From Balamuthia mandrillaris (lineage: Eukaryota), in assembly GCA_031835245.2 (NCBI GenBank), contig JAVKOQ020000019.1, forward strand, positions 248,001 to 312,000: a stretch of 64,000 nt of DNA. Reading direction: 5' to 3'. The position numbers were made by a program, and so were the translations under genes. Each line of letters begins with the position of its first letter. Position 1 is the first letter of the stretch. The notes under the pieces are model-generated. The model searched no databases. It saw only the letters and a list, made by a program, of their open reading frames with translations, and was not told where the DNA came from. Positions 24,009 to 39,817 of the stretch are shown here, one piece after another.

Positions 24009-25172
24009 ATGAGGGGAGAAGATGAGGAGGAGAACGATTCACAGAGAGCACGGGTGTTTTCTTCGTCAACTCCCGCTCATCCCAACCGAAGGATGGCTGA
24101 GCAGCAGCAGCAACAAAGGGCGCTCCCCTCTCCAGACTGGAGAGGAGGTTTCGGCAACGCATCTTCTGTTCCTCTACCTGCTCCTTCTCCGCTTCTTCCT
24201 CATCATCCTTCGCCTTCCTCGTCCTCCAACGTCCCTCCGCCAGCACCAACACAACCTTTTCAACCTCTCCCTCCGCCACGAAGGGCTTCCCTTCCAACAT
24301 CTTCCACTTACGAACGGTTTGGCATTTCTTCGCAAAGTACCTCGTCTTCTTTGCCTCCGCTTCACTCCTCCCTTTCGCGCCTTTTGTCTGACCCACAATT
24401 ATCTCTTTCCTCCACCCCATCCTCTCTTCACCACCCTCATCCTCGTCAACCTCCTCTTCCCTACCAACAACAAGAACAACACCTTGCCCAACAAGAACAA
24501 GAAGAAAAGATTGAGGCAGTTGTGTCACCCTCCCCTCCGGGGGTCTATTCTCGAGCTAGGGTGCCGCCTGCTTCCTCCGCAAGCGAAGCTCTACCTCAAG
24601 GACCCCCGCCGATCATGGTGACCAGCCAACCAACGTCCATGTCCCACTCTTCCTCCTCTGCTCCGGTTTATCTCTCTTCTCGCCCTTTCTTTCCGGATGT
24701 TCCTATCTTTCCATTGGCGCCTTCTCTCCTTCGCGAACAACAACTCCGCTCCCATGCCACTCCAACTACCGCTGCTGTCCCTACAACATCTCCTTCCGCT
24801 TCTTCTTCTTCTCCTTCTTTATACCCTTCCTCTTCTGCAACAACCACAACAACAGCCACCACAAGAACTAGAGGCCGCTATCGCCGTTCCTTATCCACAA
24901 CCACCACCAGAGCTTCGCGACAGACACGAGGCCGAGGACGAGGACGAGGACGGACGCGTTCGAGAGCACGAGCACGTTCGGAATCCACGCACCGTCGAGA
25001 ACGTCAAACCCTGGCGGAGGAAAGCGATGGCGGGGGTCCCGCCAACCAAGCGCCGCGGCGCTCCTCTCGCAGAAGAAGCGTTGAAGCCACGAGCGATGCC
25101 GCCGCCGAAGAGAATGGAGCGCCCGCAACTACCTCATCCTCATCCTCACCCCAGCAACCTGAGGAGTCATAA
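24009..25172 (+). CDS. Pro/Ser/Arg-rich low-complexity hypothetical protein
   Basis: 387-codon ORF with no recognisable domain. Confidence 0.45.
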   Translation: MRGEDEEENDSQRARVFSSSTPAHPNRRMAEQQQQQRALPSPDWRGGFGNASSVPLPAPSPLLPHHPSPSSSSNVPPPAPTQPFQPLPPPRRASLPTSSTYERFGISSQSTSSSLPPLHSSLSRLLSDPQLSLSSTPSSLHHPHPRQPPLPYQQQEQHLAQQEQEEKIEAVVSPSPPGVYSRARVPPASSASEALPQGPPPIMVTSQPTSMSHSSSSAPVYLSSRPFFPDVPIFPLAPSLLREQQLRSHATPTTAAVPTTSPSASSSSPSLYPSSSATTTTTATTRTRGRYRRSLSTTTTRASRQTRGRGRGRGRTRSRARARSESTHRRERQTLAEESDGGGPANQAPRRSSRRRSVEATSDAAAEENGAPATTSSSSSPQQPEES

Positions 25173-25553
25173 TATTGAATTGGCTTTGTGACGACATGAA
25201 TATGTAGCATTGGATAGCAACACGGTCTTTTCTTGTCCAACTTTTGCCCAGGAATTCCTCCCGAATGAAGCGTGAGCAATGGTATCTTCCCCTTTTTCCC
25301 CCTTCCAAGGGGAAGCACCAAACAAAATATAAACTTCCGTGGATTTGCTCTCGTTTTGGCGGGTTTCTCCGCCCACGGAAAGAAGAGAGGACCACCTTCC
25401 CCTCCGCTGCACCTCTTCTTCTCTGTGAGGGTCTTTGAGGGGGCGGTGTGTGCGCACTTGCGCTCTTTGCGTGTAACCACAAATACAAAGACCCTCACCT
25501 CCTTTCTTTAATCAGGTGAGGTACTTTTTTTTTTGATTGGGGGAGATTGAGAG

Positions 25554-26621
25554 ATGGATAGCCCGGCGGGCTTTTCTTGGGCCAAGATTGTGGTGGGGGG
25601 GTTTGGCGTGATGGGCGCTCTTGCTGTGGCCGCGCATGGTTACAAGAAGGTCATGAAGAACCACCACCACCACCGGTCCTCCACCAAATGTGGCGCCGAC
25701 TGCGACGACTACGCTACCTGCACAAAACAAACATCTCTTGCTAATATTGAGCAAGTGGATGCAGAGCAGCAGAAGAAAGGATTGGAGGAGAAGGAGAAAG
25801 AAAAGGAGGAGCGGAGGAGTGCAATGGATGCTGTTAGAGAGTGGACCGCTTTCCTGCAAGCCATCGCGGGAGGAGACGTCAAGCAAGTGGGTAGACTGCT
25901 TCCACGCTACACTGGTTCCCTGGTCCAAATGCACAAGAAAGTTTCTTCTTCCTCATCTTCGTCCTCTTCCTCTACTTCCTTTAATCTTTCAGGCAAGTCT
26001 CCAATGTACATCGCTGCGAGTCATGGCCACCAGGAAATCTTGCGGCTGCTACTCAACGCCCACAACGCACACTGCCAAGAAAGGGGTGACCTTCTTCAAT
26101 CCTCTTCCTCCCTGCACCCTTTTCTACGGCCACACACGGTGGAGGGCTATCCCTTGCTCTTTGCAGCGGTGGAGGGAGAGCAGTTTGACCTGCTCTGCTG
26201 GCTGGTGGAGGAGTGCCAGGTAGATCCCAACGTGGCGGCCAAGGACGGCACTGTCGTCCTTCATCTGGCCTGCCAGTGCGGTCAGGAGGATGCAGTAGAA
26301 TACCTGCTGGCACGCGGGGCCACTGCCACCCTCAACAAGAGCGGGGGGCCGCTGGGTATTACGCCCCTCTTCTCAGCTGTGCTCAGCAGAAACATCAACC
26401 TGGTGCGGCACCTGTTGGAGCACGGGGCTTCCACAAGGACGCAAGCCAAGGACGGAGGCACGCCGGTCTCGCTTGCGGCGGAGCTGGAGCTTGTGGATAT
26501 CAAAACGTTGTTGTTGCATTACCAGGCGGCAGAAGAGTTGCATTCATCTGATGTCTTCTCCGCTTCTGGTTCTTCTTCCTCTTCTTCTCCTCCTTCCTCC
26601 TCCGTTGAAGGGGAAGAGTAG
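25554..26621 (+). CDS. Ankyrin-repeat protein with N-terminal hydrophobic anchor
   Basis: GKSPMYIAASHGH, GTVVLHLACQCGQ, GITPLFSAV, GGTPVSLAA. Confidence 0.88.
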   Translation: MDSPAGFSWAKIVVGGFGVMGALAVAAHGYKKVMKNHHHHRSSTKCGADCDDYATCTKQTSLANIEQVDAEQQKKGLEEKEKEKEERRSAMDAVREWTAFLQAIAGGDVKQVGRLLPRYTGSLVQMHKKVSSSSSSSSSSTSFNLSGKSPMYIAASHGHQEILRLLLNAHNAHCQERGDLLQSSSSLHPFLRPHTVEGYPLLFAAVEGEQFDLLCWLVEECQVDPNVAAKDGTVVLHLACQCGQEDAVEYLLARGATATLNKSGGPLGITPLFSAVLSRNINLVRHLLEHGASTRTQAKDGGTPVSLAAELELVDIKTLLLHYQAAEELHSSDVFSASGSSSSSSPPSSSVEGEE

Positions 26622-26760
26622 GGGCAGCTTCTTTGCTCCTTACTCTTCCTTCTGCAATTTTGTGAACAGATCCTTTTTCTGTACATACATTCACTCTTTG
26701 CTTGTTTATTGTTTCATTCTTTTGCTGCACAAACACAAGAACGGCTTTCGTGGTTTGGCC

Positions 26761-26808
26761 TCAAGAAAAGTCCCACACTGTAACAACACCATTACGTTGT
26801 AAGCCATT

Positions 26809-26854
<46 letters not shown>

Positions 26855-26992
26855 GACCTTTTACAGTCTTATCTCTGCTTCCACTGACAAGCTTCGTGTC
26901 GTCAAAGTAAAGATCACACAACGGATCCGTATGCGATTTTAGCACCGACTTTGTTTGAGAGACTTTTGTTTAGCAAGCAAAATGAAGGAAAA

Positions 26993-27028
<36 letters not shown>

Positions 27029-27709
27029 AAAGCGTACCAAGCATTCGCCCGTTTGTATATCCCACACTCGTAGCGTTTTGTCCTGTGCGCCAGATACAAT
27101 CTTCACATTGTCGCACTGCAGACACATGAGCTTGTTGGTATGTCCTTGCAACGTGTTGAGGCACTTGCGGGTATGTAGGTCCCATATCTTGATGGTATGG
27201 TCCCATGAGCCAGAGATGATGCGCTGGTTGTCGAATTGGAGGCAACGCACGGAGCTCTTGTGGCCCTCTATTGTGTCTCTGCACTGCATGGTCGCCATGT
27301 CCCATATTTTTATTGTCTTGTCGGCTGCTCCTGATATAATCTTCTCATCATCAAACTGAAGACAACCCACCTATTGTTTAAACAAAAAGATGCAGAGAAA
27401 CGCTTGAGCGAAAAAAAAAAAAGAAGAAAGAAGAATTAAAGTTGGAGAAAGTCGTACTCCCCACGAATGACCATTGAGAGTGGCGATAATCTTTCCTGAG
27501 TGTAGGCACCACACATTGAGTTTTTTGTCGTCGCTACCAGAGACCGCCTTATGCTCATCAAACTGCAAGCACCACACTTGGCCGGTATGATTTCTGAATG
27601 TTGTTATGGTTTTCCCTCGTTCAAGATCCCATAGGCGTAACGTTTTGTCTCGCGAGCCAGTTAACATTCTATCTCCTGTAATAATAGGTTAATATGTTGC
27701 AAAACACTT

Positions 27710-27752
<43 letters not shown>

Positions 27753-29967
27753 ACAACCATCAAATTGCATACAGATGATACCACCTGACAAATAAAAGAA
27801 AGGTCTCGTTAGAATAAGCTAGTTTGGTTGCTCATTAGATTGAAGGCACGCACCGTCATGTCCCGCAAGTTTCATTCTTGGTATGAACACGCCTTTTTCC
27901 GCATCCCAGTCCCACCGTTGAATTGTTTTATCATCACTGTGCAAACGAAATTGATTAACAACAATAAAGGGAAGAAACGAGAAGATATGACAACATGATC
28001 AATAAAGTAAAAGAGGAGTAACAAAGAAGCAACAAGAAAGAGAAGACAAGAACGAAGCAAAGTCAAGACAGAAGATGGCAAGACAGAAAACTTACCTCGC
28101 CGTGATAAGGTTGTAGTTCGAATCAAACTGAACACAGCGAACAGTGTTGCGGTGATGCGATAACGTTTGAAGACTATACTTTCCAGTGCTCCAGTTTCGA
28201 CGAGTTCGATGGTACCTCATGAACAGAGTCTTCCATTTGTTGTTGGCCTCACTGCGCAATGAAGATGAGGATGATGAAGATGATGATGACACATTGGACG
28301 TGTCAAGATTTGGCCCACTTCGCCTATAATGATGATAATCACTTTCGCCCACATCATTGAAACCCTCAAGTTGTTGCTTTTGAGTTAACGATGAGGAAGA
28401 TGGCGTAAGAACAGGGGAGTCTTCCGTGTCCATCATGTCATCATGGAGATCCACTTCAAGCACTGGTATCTTTCCACCGGGAGTTCTTGTTGTGGCTTGT
28501 CGCATATTATGATCTTTCGTGTGATATGAGCTAGAAGAAGAAGAAGAAGAAGAAGAAGAAGAAGAAGAATCAACAGATGGACTATCTTTGCGAGTGGCAA
28601 AATCGGTGGCGCTGGATAAGAGAGACGTCAATTTTTTGGCCATGTTGGAAGTTTTGTGTTTTAGAATAGTTTGAGTGGAGGGGGAAGATGAAGAAGACGA
28701 AGAGGAGGATGATAAAGAAGTTTCTGTTCGAGGAGTTGTTGTAGCAGTTGAAGGGGGAGACGAAGAAGTAGAGGAAGAAGCATAAGACAAACTCCCATCT
28801 TTCCGAACAGAAGTATTCGTTTGTGAGGAGGAAGGCGAGGAAGAAGGGGAAATATGGGAGGAAGAAGATGAAGAAGAAGGAGTGATAGTAGGATCTTGAA
28901 GAATGGGCAATGGCTTTGGCTGTCGTGCCCACTTTGAGATTTGGTTGAGTGCGTTGGCTGCCTCTGCTCCCCAATATTGAACGTACAGACTAGTATAATT
29001 TTAGAAAGAAATATACAGTCAGTAACCTTTGGGCTCTTTCTCTCTTCCGTTTTCTCCTCTATTTCTTCAAGAAAAGGTTTACCTCTTCCAAAGGCTGTTA
29101 TCAGCAGTAAGAGCATTCCATTGCCGACATACGAGAGAGGCGGAACAAAGCTCAGCCTCATCCAAATAGGAAAGTACGTGGACTGTGACTTCGTCTGGTA
29201 CCACTGAGAAGTATCCGCTGGTGCTTGACTCTGACACGTTGTGTTGCGCCTACAATAACCATCACCATTCCACCGAGTCAGTTCTGAATAAAGAATGCTG
29301 AAAGAGAGAAAGCTAGGAGAGCAGAAGAAGAAGAACAAGAACAAGAAGCAAGCAAGAACGAAGAACGAATGCAAACGCGTGTATAGCGAGGAGAGAAGAG
29401 AAAGAGAGAATTACGATAAGAACGAAGAGAAAGGGAAGTAGCAAAGATAGGAGAGCGCACCATAAAGTCAAGGTAGGTCTCCACGGTATTAATTTCCTTG
29501 CCCAAGTTTTTAGCCACGGCGGAGAGCTGCAGCACAAACGGGATGAAGTGGGACTCCAGTTGGCTCTCACAAATAAACTGGCCCACGTCCTCCAACACCT
29601 GCTCCAGGCTGTTCATCTTGGAGCGGAGGGCGTAGAAGGCGAGCTTCCTTCCCTCTGGGGTGGTGACAGCAGCGTTGGAGGCCAAAGGACCGTTCGTGAT
29701 GTACTCCGCGGCAAAGGAGAGGTGTTGTTGGCCAGACGCTCCTCCCCCTAAGGAGGAGGAAGAGGAGGAGGAGGGACCTCTGGGGCCTTCTCCTTCTTTC
29801 ATGTCAAGAAGCGTCTGTGAAGAAGAAGGAGAAGAACCTTCGTGAGAAAGATTAAAAAGAGGGCTGCCACTAGCACTGCCACCACGGCCATGATGCCTCT
29901 CCTCCTCCACTACACTGGAGGAGAAGCCGTGACGCCTATGTTGGTATTGATGACGGTGAGGCTCCAT
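26761..29967 (-). CDS. F-box/WD40 protein (FBXW7/beta-TrCP-like)
   Basis: F-box VPDEVTVHVLSYLD..LVCRQW..DNSLWK; WD repeats GH..VRCLQFD..IISGSWDHTIKIWD; ends VWDFS*. Confidence 0.9.
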
Positions 29968-30270
29968 GGAATAGGTATTTCTTTTTTTTAAAAAAAAAAA
30001 GGTGGAAAAAAGAAAAAGAAAGGAGGAAGGAGGAAGGAGGAAGGACGGGATCAAAAAAAAAAGAGTCAAAAGAGAGATGAAAAGAAAGTCCTTCCTCTCC
30101 TCTCCTGCTACTCTTTTTTTTTTTTTGGGGTTTATCTGGTTGTGGTTTATTTGTTGGGTGAGAGTTTCCTTTTAAAGCTCCACGTGAGGTCTTCAGTTCT
30201 CGTTTTAGGTATGTTGTGACGTCATTCCATGATTGTGGTAGTCAAGAATGCAAAGAATGTGAAAATCGCG

Positions 30271-30373
30271 AAGAGAAGAGAAGAGAAGAGAAGAGAAGAG
30301 AAGAGAAGAGAAGAGAAGAGAAGAGAAGAGAAGAGAAGAGAAGAGAAGAGAAGAGAAGAGAAGAGAAGAGAAG
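30271..30373. repeat. (AAGAG)n pentanucleotide microsatellite
   Basis: About 20 perfect units, intergenic. Confidence 0.95.
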
Positions 30374-30591
30374 AACGACAATGCATTGTATGTTATTCAA
30401 GGAGGTCATCATCATCGCTAATGACAGTCTAGCCAACCACAATCTACAAGAACCACCAAACCTGTCTTTTCCATCGGTTTTCGATCATGTCTTTTTTTTC
30501 TGTTTTATCTTCGCTTTCATCTTCCATCGTCTTCTTTCTGTGCATTCCATCTGTCTTTTTCTCTTCTTATTTGTCTGAATCATCTTTCTTT

Positions 30592-32546
30592 TCACCTTCT
30601 CTTTCGGTAGATGAGTTTCATCGAGTGTTTGGGAGTGAGGGTGATGATGCTGTGCGCATCGAACATGGAGGCACGATCCACCGAGGGCGGGATGTGAACG
30701 CTGTACCTATACACGATGTTGGCCAGCGCCAAGATGGCCTCCGTCTCAGCAAACTTCATTCCCAAACAAATCCTTTTTTAAAATAAAAAACAATTAAAAC
30801 AAAATAAATCGAATAAAGTAAAAAGAGAAAAGTACCTTCGGCCTTGAGAGAAGGGCATGTAAGCATAGACGTTGTAGCCGGAGGCACTCTCATCCAATGT
30901 TTTCAAGAACCTCTCTGGCTTGAAGGTATCTGGCTCCGGCCAGTATTTTGGATTTCGATGCAACGCCCATGTTGATACTGTTACTAATGTCTAGATTTTT
31001 GTATTACAATGAAGTCAAAATAAATGCCACGGAACAGAAGGAAACAACAAAACAGAGAAAGACACGACCAGAAAAACAAAGCAAGGAGAGAGAGAGAGAG
31101 AGAGAGAGAAGAGAAAAAAGAGAAAAGAAGGACCTTGGCGGGAACGAAAAAGTCGCCGAGTTGAATGTCTTCTTCGGCAATCTTGGGCATGCCGACGGCA
31201 GGCGGGAACAACCTGAGAGTCTCTTTGAAGACACAGGCCACGTAGGACAGCTTCTTGTAGTCATCGTAGGTGAGTTCCTCGTCCCCCTCTTTGCTGGCCA
31301 TTAGTTCTTTAATTTCTTCATACATCTAATAATGAGGGAGAGAAACATTTTCAATAAATGGAAATGTAAAAAGGATTGTAAATATGAAAGATCAGTAAGC
31401 CTACCTTCTGCTGTACTTCCTGGTGAGCCGCGATCAAGCCAAGAGCAAAAGTCACAGAGTGAGCTGTAGTTTCATGACCTACAAAGTTTTTTGTAACAAT
31501 GATAAGTTAGTATTAGATCAGAGAGATGAGAGTGATAGATAGAGGAGTGCGCGCAAGAGAGAGAGAAGAGCAAACCTGCAAGAAGGAACATGAAGATATC
31601 AGCCTGGATTTCCTCATCGGTGAGTTTAACGTTAGATTCCTCATCCTCAGCGCGCAGAAGAAGGGTCAACAGATCGGGGCGCCCACGCGGCGAGGAGAGG
31701 CTGTTCAATTCGTCCTTTTCGGCCAGCCTCTTGCGCTCGGTGATCATTTCCTTTACGTAGTTGTCAAATTCCTCAAAGGCGATCCTGGCCTTGAGTGGCA
31801 TTCCGAAAGGAATCATCTTGAGAGCCCAGGGCATGCCCAAACGCAGCCACAACGTCTCAGTCATGTTAAACATTACTTCCTATATTACATAAAAAAGTAA
31901 GCAAAGAAATGGTCATACAAAACCTTTGAAAGGAAGAAAGAACTTTCACAAAAGCATTACCCAAAACGGAAGTTTATGCTTAGTTTTATCATATGTATCA
32001 GCTTGTTCGAGCGTGCCCGAGACTCCAAAACCAGCTTCAGCAATGATGGCAAGAGCAACTTTAACCTGGGTTTCAAGGGTGTTCACCTCGGTCTCGAGGT
32101 AACCCTCGGCGTTCTCTTGAGCAGCAGCGTCCCACGTCTCGAACAACTTTTTGTAGCAGAGGTTGGTGGTCTCTGCCACCAGTCTAAGGTTGGCCACCGA
32201 GAAGGCCGGAGAACACAGAGCTCTGCAAAACAAACATAGGCCGTTGGTGTTATAGCCTAGTTGAAAAAGAGAAAAGAAGAGCGAGAGAGAGAGAGGAGAG
32301 AAGAGAAGAGAAGATAAGAGAGAAGACAAACCTATGCTTTTTCCATTCAGGACCACCAGGAGCGGTGAGAATGTTCTCACCGTAGGCTCGCAGCACGGCG
32401 TAGGTTTCGGTCGGTTTTGGGAATAAGTTTCCGTGCGTCACGCAAACCTTTTTAGCGAGCTCGGCGTCTCTTTGGTAAATATTGGTCATACTTTGTTCAG
32501 TTTTGAAATAGAGAGAAGTCGAGAAGCTGAAAAGAGATCGAAAGGA

Positions 32547-32583
<37 letters not shown>

Positions 32584-33018
32584 GTAACGGAAAGCAGAAC
32601 AGAGAGCAAACAGCGAACGCAAGAACAAGAAACGAGAAAAGAGAAGAAAAAAGAGCACCCACCCAACGATAAGCTCAGTGTTGGAAGAACACACAAAGGA
32701 AATGAGAGGAGAGCCAGTCTTTCTAAAGATTTCCAGGTTGTCGGTCGAAAAGCTGTACTTGTAGGGGAAGAGTGACTTTGGCAAAAGGTTCGCTCCGAAC
32801 GAATAAAAGTGCAACAACTGCGAAACCCCAGGGACATGCTTGTACTTTAGTTTCTGCTGTTGGTACCTCAGCCAAACTCTCGCCTTGTTTCAGCAGAACA
32901 TTTAGTAGTGATCGGGACGCAAAGCGACTGAGCTAAGGGGCAGGGAGAGCAAATAACTTACCAGCATCAGCAGCGCTACAAAGCCGATGAGCGCAAAAAC
33001 CACAGTCAATACGCCCAT
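30592..33018 (-). CDS. Cytochrome P450
   Basis: N-terminal TM anchor; FLLAGHETT, KETLR, FKPERF, FSQGRR|ICLG heme motif split by an intron. Confidence 0.93.
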
Positions 33019-33815
33019 TTTTTTTGGTTGTTTGGCTCCTCTGTTTTTTTTCCCCCCAGAACGCTCGGGTCAGTGGAGAGAAAGGGGGACAAAAAAAAAG
33101 CAAACGCACTCTCAAAGAACCTTTAACACTCTTCTTGTTTGCGATGTTCGTTCACCACTTCACTACTTTTTTTTTGTTCGCTACTTTTCTTTTCTTTTCT
33201 CTGTTTGTTGTTTGCTAGGATAGGGGGGGGCAGTTGCTACGCTTTCCGTTGACAAAATAGACAAAAAAAAAACAACAAAGAATATCGACAGGACCGGATA
33301 GGCCATGGGATTTCTGTTCCCGCTTATTCTTTGGCTGTCTCCCTTTCGAATGGGTGGAATTATGGATAATTATATCTGGAAATGGGTTGAAAAAGCGGAG
33401 CGGGTGCGGTGCGCTAGCGATTGGCATCTGCGGTGACCCCCCGAAATGCCGCCCGGGATTCGGAAAGAGCGGATACCGGTGCAGATTATGTCCTGCTTTC
33501 ACTGGTGGGTTCTTTCACTTGGAGCGCTGGACAGAGTCTGCGCAGGGCGTTGGCTGTGCTATTTTCAAATCAATTTTTCCTTGCTTACGTAGTGCCCCTC
33601 ATTAGGCTTGAAATACGCAAATTGGGCGTGCGTTGGGTGGAAGGTTGCGCCTGTTAAGCTTTCTGATGTTGTAACGGGGGAGATGGCAGCAAGAACCATC
33701 TCCGATGACGGACATTAATAACAAAAGACGTGGACTGGAGATAGATTATTAGAAAAGATAATTGGTAAGCACACACGGGGGAAGAGGGAAAATAGAACGG
33801 CTGGCCACCCCGTTA

Positions 33816-35988
<2,173 letters not shown>

Positions 35989-36364
35989 CAGTCACTATTT
36001 TTTTGCGTGAGTGGGTAGGTGGTAGGTGGTGGGGGTTTTTTTTTTCTTTTGGCCTGCAACAACAGCTCCTCTCTCTCTGCTCTTCTCTTTTTCTTCTCGC
36101 TTTCTTTTTTTTTTGCCAACTCCTTTTCAGCGACTCCTCAACTTTGATCTTAGAACGATCTAACCACAGAAATCCAATCAAAAATCAAAGATTCTCCTTG
36201 GTCGACAATAAAATGGACCAAAGCGAAGAAGAAAGGAGCCGCTACGCTTGATCGATGCAAGAGGAAGGAAAGGATTAAGGGTCCTTGTCGATAGAAACAA
36301 TTTTTTTTTTTGCAACAAACCCAGATTAGGGTGAGAAAAAAAAACAAGAGAAGGAACTTGTTTT

Positions 36365-38345
36365 TTAGACAGCCTCGCCTTCGGTCCTCTCAAAGTCAGT
36401 GGGGACGAACCAGCCAGCCTCATCGCTGAAGAAGGTCTTGAGGACGAGGGAAGAGCGCAACTTCTCGACCACACGGTTGATGAAGAAGACAAACAGGCCA
36501 ACGATGAAACCACCACCGAGACCAATGCCCAAGGAGATGAAGAGACCAGCAGTCTGGTAGCCAGGCTGATCCTCTCCCTCAGGCAAGACGTTGGTGGTGG
36601 GTTGACCATAGATCAGGTCATCATCGCCAACAATGGCAGAGGAGGCAATGCCTCCCAAGGCACCAAGCAGGCCGGGAATGCCGTGCAGGTTGTGCACGCC
36701 AGCCACGTCCACGATGCCCTTCCTCTCCAAGACTGGGGTAAGGTAGGCATTGGCGACAACGGTGGCAATGCCGCCCACGGCACCGACGACCATGGCACCT
36801 CCGGGGGAAACCACGACGGTGGTGGCAGAACCAACGATGATGCCGCCGGCCAACACGCCGTTCTGGACGTCCGCCATGAAGAACTTACCGCCCCTCAGGG
36901 TCCTGGAGGTGATAAAGGCAAAGGCACCGCTGGTGGTGAGGGCAAGCACGGTGTTGATGATGACGCGGAACTGGGAGTCGTCATCCGAGTGGACGGCGTT
37001 GAAGCTCGGGAAGGCCACGAAGATGAGGAGCGTGCCGAGGAAGGCCGTGATGTTGGAGGTGTAGGAGGGGAGCCTGTCCCTGGCAAAGGTGGCGACATCG
37101 GTGACGCCCTTGCCCAGGAAGGGCATGGACATGAAGTAGCTCACAGCCAGGCCAAAGTAGGCACCAAAAATGTGGACGTGCATGGTGCCGGCAATGTCCA
37201 CACAGTTCAGCTGCAGCAGGACGAGGTAACGCACAATGCCAAAGAAGAGGGGCTCTATCCAGGCCACAAAGATGAGCACCAGGGGAGACACTCTGCCCAG
37301 GAAAGCTCCAAAGCTGATCAACACGGCAAGGGAGCCATAGAGACCCTCGATGAGCTGCCAGATGGTCAGGTCCGTGCGGAAGTAGTCATCACGGTCAGCA
37401 CCATCGAAGAAGACGTTGACCAGGATGGTCCACTCAAAGGCCACGATGACGGCCAGGAAGGTGTAGCCCATGGCCGAGTAGGCGTACTTCCTGAGGAAGG
37501 TGTAGAGGAAGGCAAAGCCCACAAACACCATCAGCGCAATGTGATTGTAATAGGAGAAGTAGTCATCCGTCGAGTTGGGACCGCCAGTGTTGCCCACGGT
37601 GGTGTCCGCAAAGTCGGTGGCCAGCCAAAAGGCGAAAATCGTGAAGCCCTGCAGCGCCAGGAACGCAAAGAAGAATAAGTCCCATGAGGGCAACTTCTCT
37701 GAGGGAGCCTGATCTTCCGCAGACATCACTTGGAGCTAGAGTCATACGACTGTCAGAAGGAGCCGAAGACAACCGCACACGGCGAAAAGGAAATAGAAGA
37801 GACGAACCTTTCTGCGAAGAACCTCTTCCTCAGTCCTCTGGATCTTCATGGCCTCGATGAGCTTCTTCCTCTCATTGTAGGCATCGTACAACAGCTCCCT
37901 AAACTTCCTCCTCCTCTGCTTGATGCGCTTCATGTCCTTCTCATAGATAACATTGGCATCGGCTTCGTCGTCCTGAGCGTTCTTGTCGTCAGGCTTGGAG
38001 GCGATGGCCTTGAGGGCGTCAGAGAAGCTCTTTCTGACAGCGGCCTCCTCCTTCTGAATCGCAATCAAGTGGTCATGAATAGCTCCGATGTAGTTTTCCA
38101 ACCTGTAAAGAAAGAATAAGATGAAGGGCGATGAGTTTGAAAACGAACTAAAGATGTACGGAGGAAGAAAGAGCAAAGCCATTTTTTTTTCTCGAGGGAA
38201 CCTAAAGAAGAGGTACTGAAGATAACAAGAGCGAAGAGGGCACTTACTCTCTGAGATACTCATCATCCACGCGGGCAGAGATAGTATCCTCTCCCCTGGT
38301 AGGGGGCTCGGGCAAACTTACAAAGTGACCGCGGTCAGTTGCCAT
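36365..38345 (-). CDS. Rh-family ammonium transporter with N-terminal coiled-coil extension (3 exons)
   Basis: MVFVGFAFL..FLRKY, HVHIFGAYFGL, FPSFN, VHNLHGIPGLLG; upstream exons about 38345-38248 and 38102-37809 splice in frame to 37736. Confidence 0.88.
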
Positions 38346-39044
38346 TGTTGTTTTGCTAAGCAAACACACCCACTGAACTTTCAATCACCCTAATCCAGAG
38401 CACTGGTTGGCTCTTATTTCTTCAAAGGACGGGCGCAACCGCAAAAGAGCTTGCTCCTTTCCACTCCAACAAGCTCGTTTCTCTCCTCCCTCCCTTTCTT
38501 TATGACCGCTGTTCTTTTCTCGGTCGTTCTGAAACCCTTTTTTTTTTCTTCTTTTCGGTACAACCAAAAGTTTAAAACCCAATTCGGCACTAGTTTTTTC
38601 TATGGGCTTTTGTTTGTTTCGAATAGACTCCCCAACTGCAGCCCGCTGTGTCCAACTGCTCCAGTGCAAAACGCATAGGTGACCCAAGGGACACTTGAAA
38701 TATGGTAAAGACCAAAAAAGGGTTGATAAATTTCAGCCAATGGCAAGCGTCCTGTTCTATCCGACCTGAGGAGTGCTCTGAACATTTCAGGCGATAACTA
38801 TTAGAGTAATAGGTTGGAAATTGTCGACAATACTATTAATTAATCATTATGTGTAACGCAATATAGGACTTGCTGTTCCTATCTTCGTTCATTGCGCGTT
38901 ATAAAAAAAAAAAGAAAGGAAGAGAGGAGGCTTGTTGGTTACGCGGAAGTTTTCTGTGTTTTTGTTTTTTTTCTCTCCGTTGCTTGTGCGGGATTTTTGA
39001 AAAAAAGAGTTTTGTTTGAAAGGCATTCCATTGTTTAAAGCAAT

Positions 39045-39456
39045 ATGTCGAGGTAGGAAATGAGTCTTTTCTTTATCTGTTTATTTATTGTATTTTTTTT
39101 TTGTTGGATGGGCGTTAACCCTCTCTCATGTCTTCTTTTTTTGACCTGCGAGCAGCGAGCAAACCTTGGTGGAGGTTCAAGCCACCGTTTATGTTGCCGA
39201 TGGGCAGACCATGCAGTGGGAGGAACGGGGCTCGGGTCTCTCCAAATTATCGCTCTGCTATAACGCCACAGAAAACAACTATCGTATATTGGCCATGTGT
39301 GAGGAGGCCAAACAAGTTCATAAGCTCTTTCTCTCTCTCTCTCTCTCTCTTGTTCTTCCTTTGCTTGTTATTTATCTCTCTTTGCTTTCTCACTTTCTCT
39401 TTGTTCTTTGTTCTTTCTCTGCTTCTCTCGCTCTCTCGTTGTCTCTTCACTTGTTC

Positions 39457-39494
<38 letters not shown>

Positions 39495-39776
39495 CTCTCC
39501 CCTAACAGAAAACAGAAAAGAGCTAATTTTTTGTTTTGTAAACAACAACAACAAACAGTACATTTTGAACACACACCTCTACAAGTGGGTGGCATGGCAG
39601 CAAGACACGCCAACTTTTTTCCAATGGGCCGATAAAGTACGGCGATATGGTGTCAACGTATCGGACCCTGCACAAGCACATCAACTCAACCAAGCCATGA
39701 TACAAACCATTGAAACATTGAAAAACGGTCCGTTTGTTTTTACGCTGCTTTCTCCTCTCTTTCCATCTCTCATTCT

Positions 39777-39817
<41 letters not shown>

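Noticed and set aside
37742..38266. Separate small coiled-coil gene
   Set aside because: It splices in frame into the Rh transporter, so it is treated as that gene's N-terminal exons
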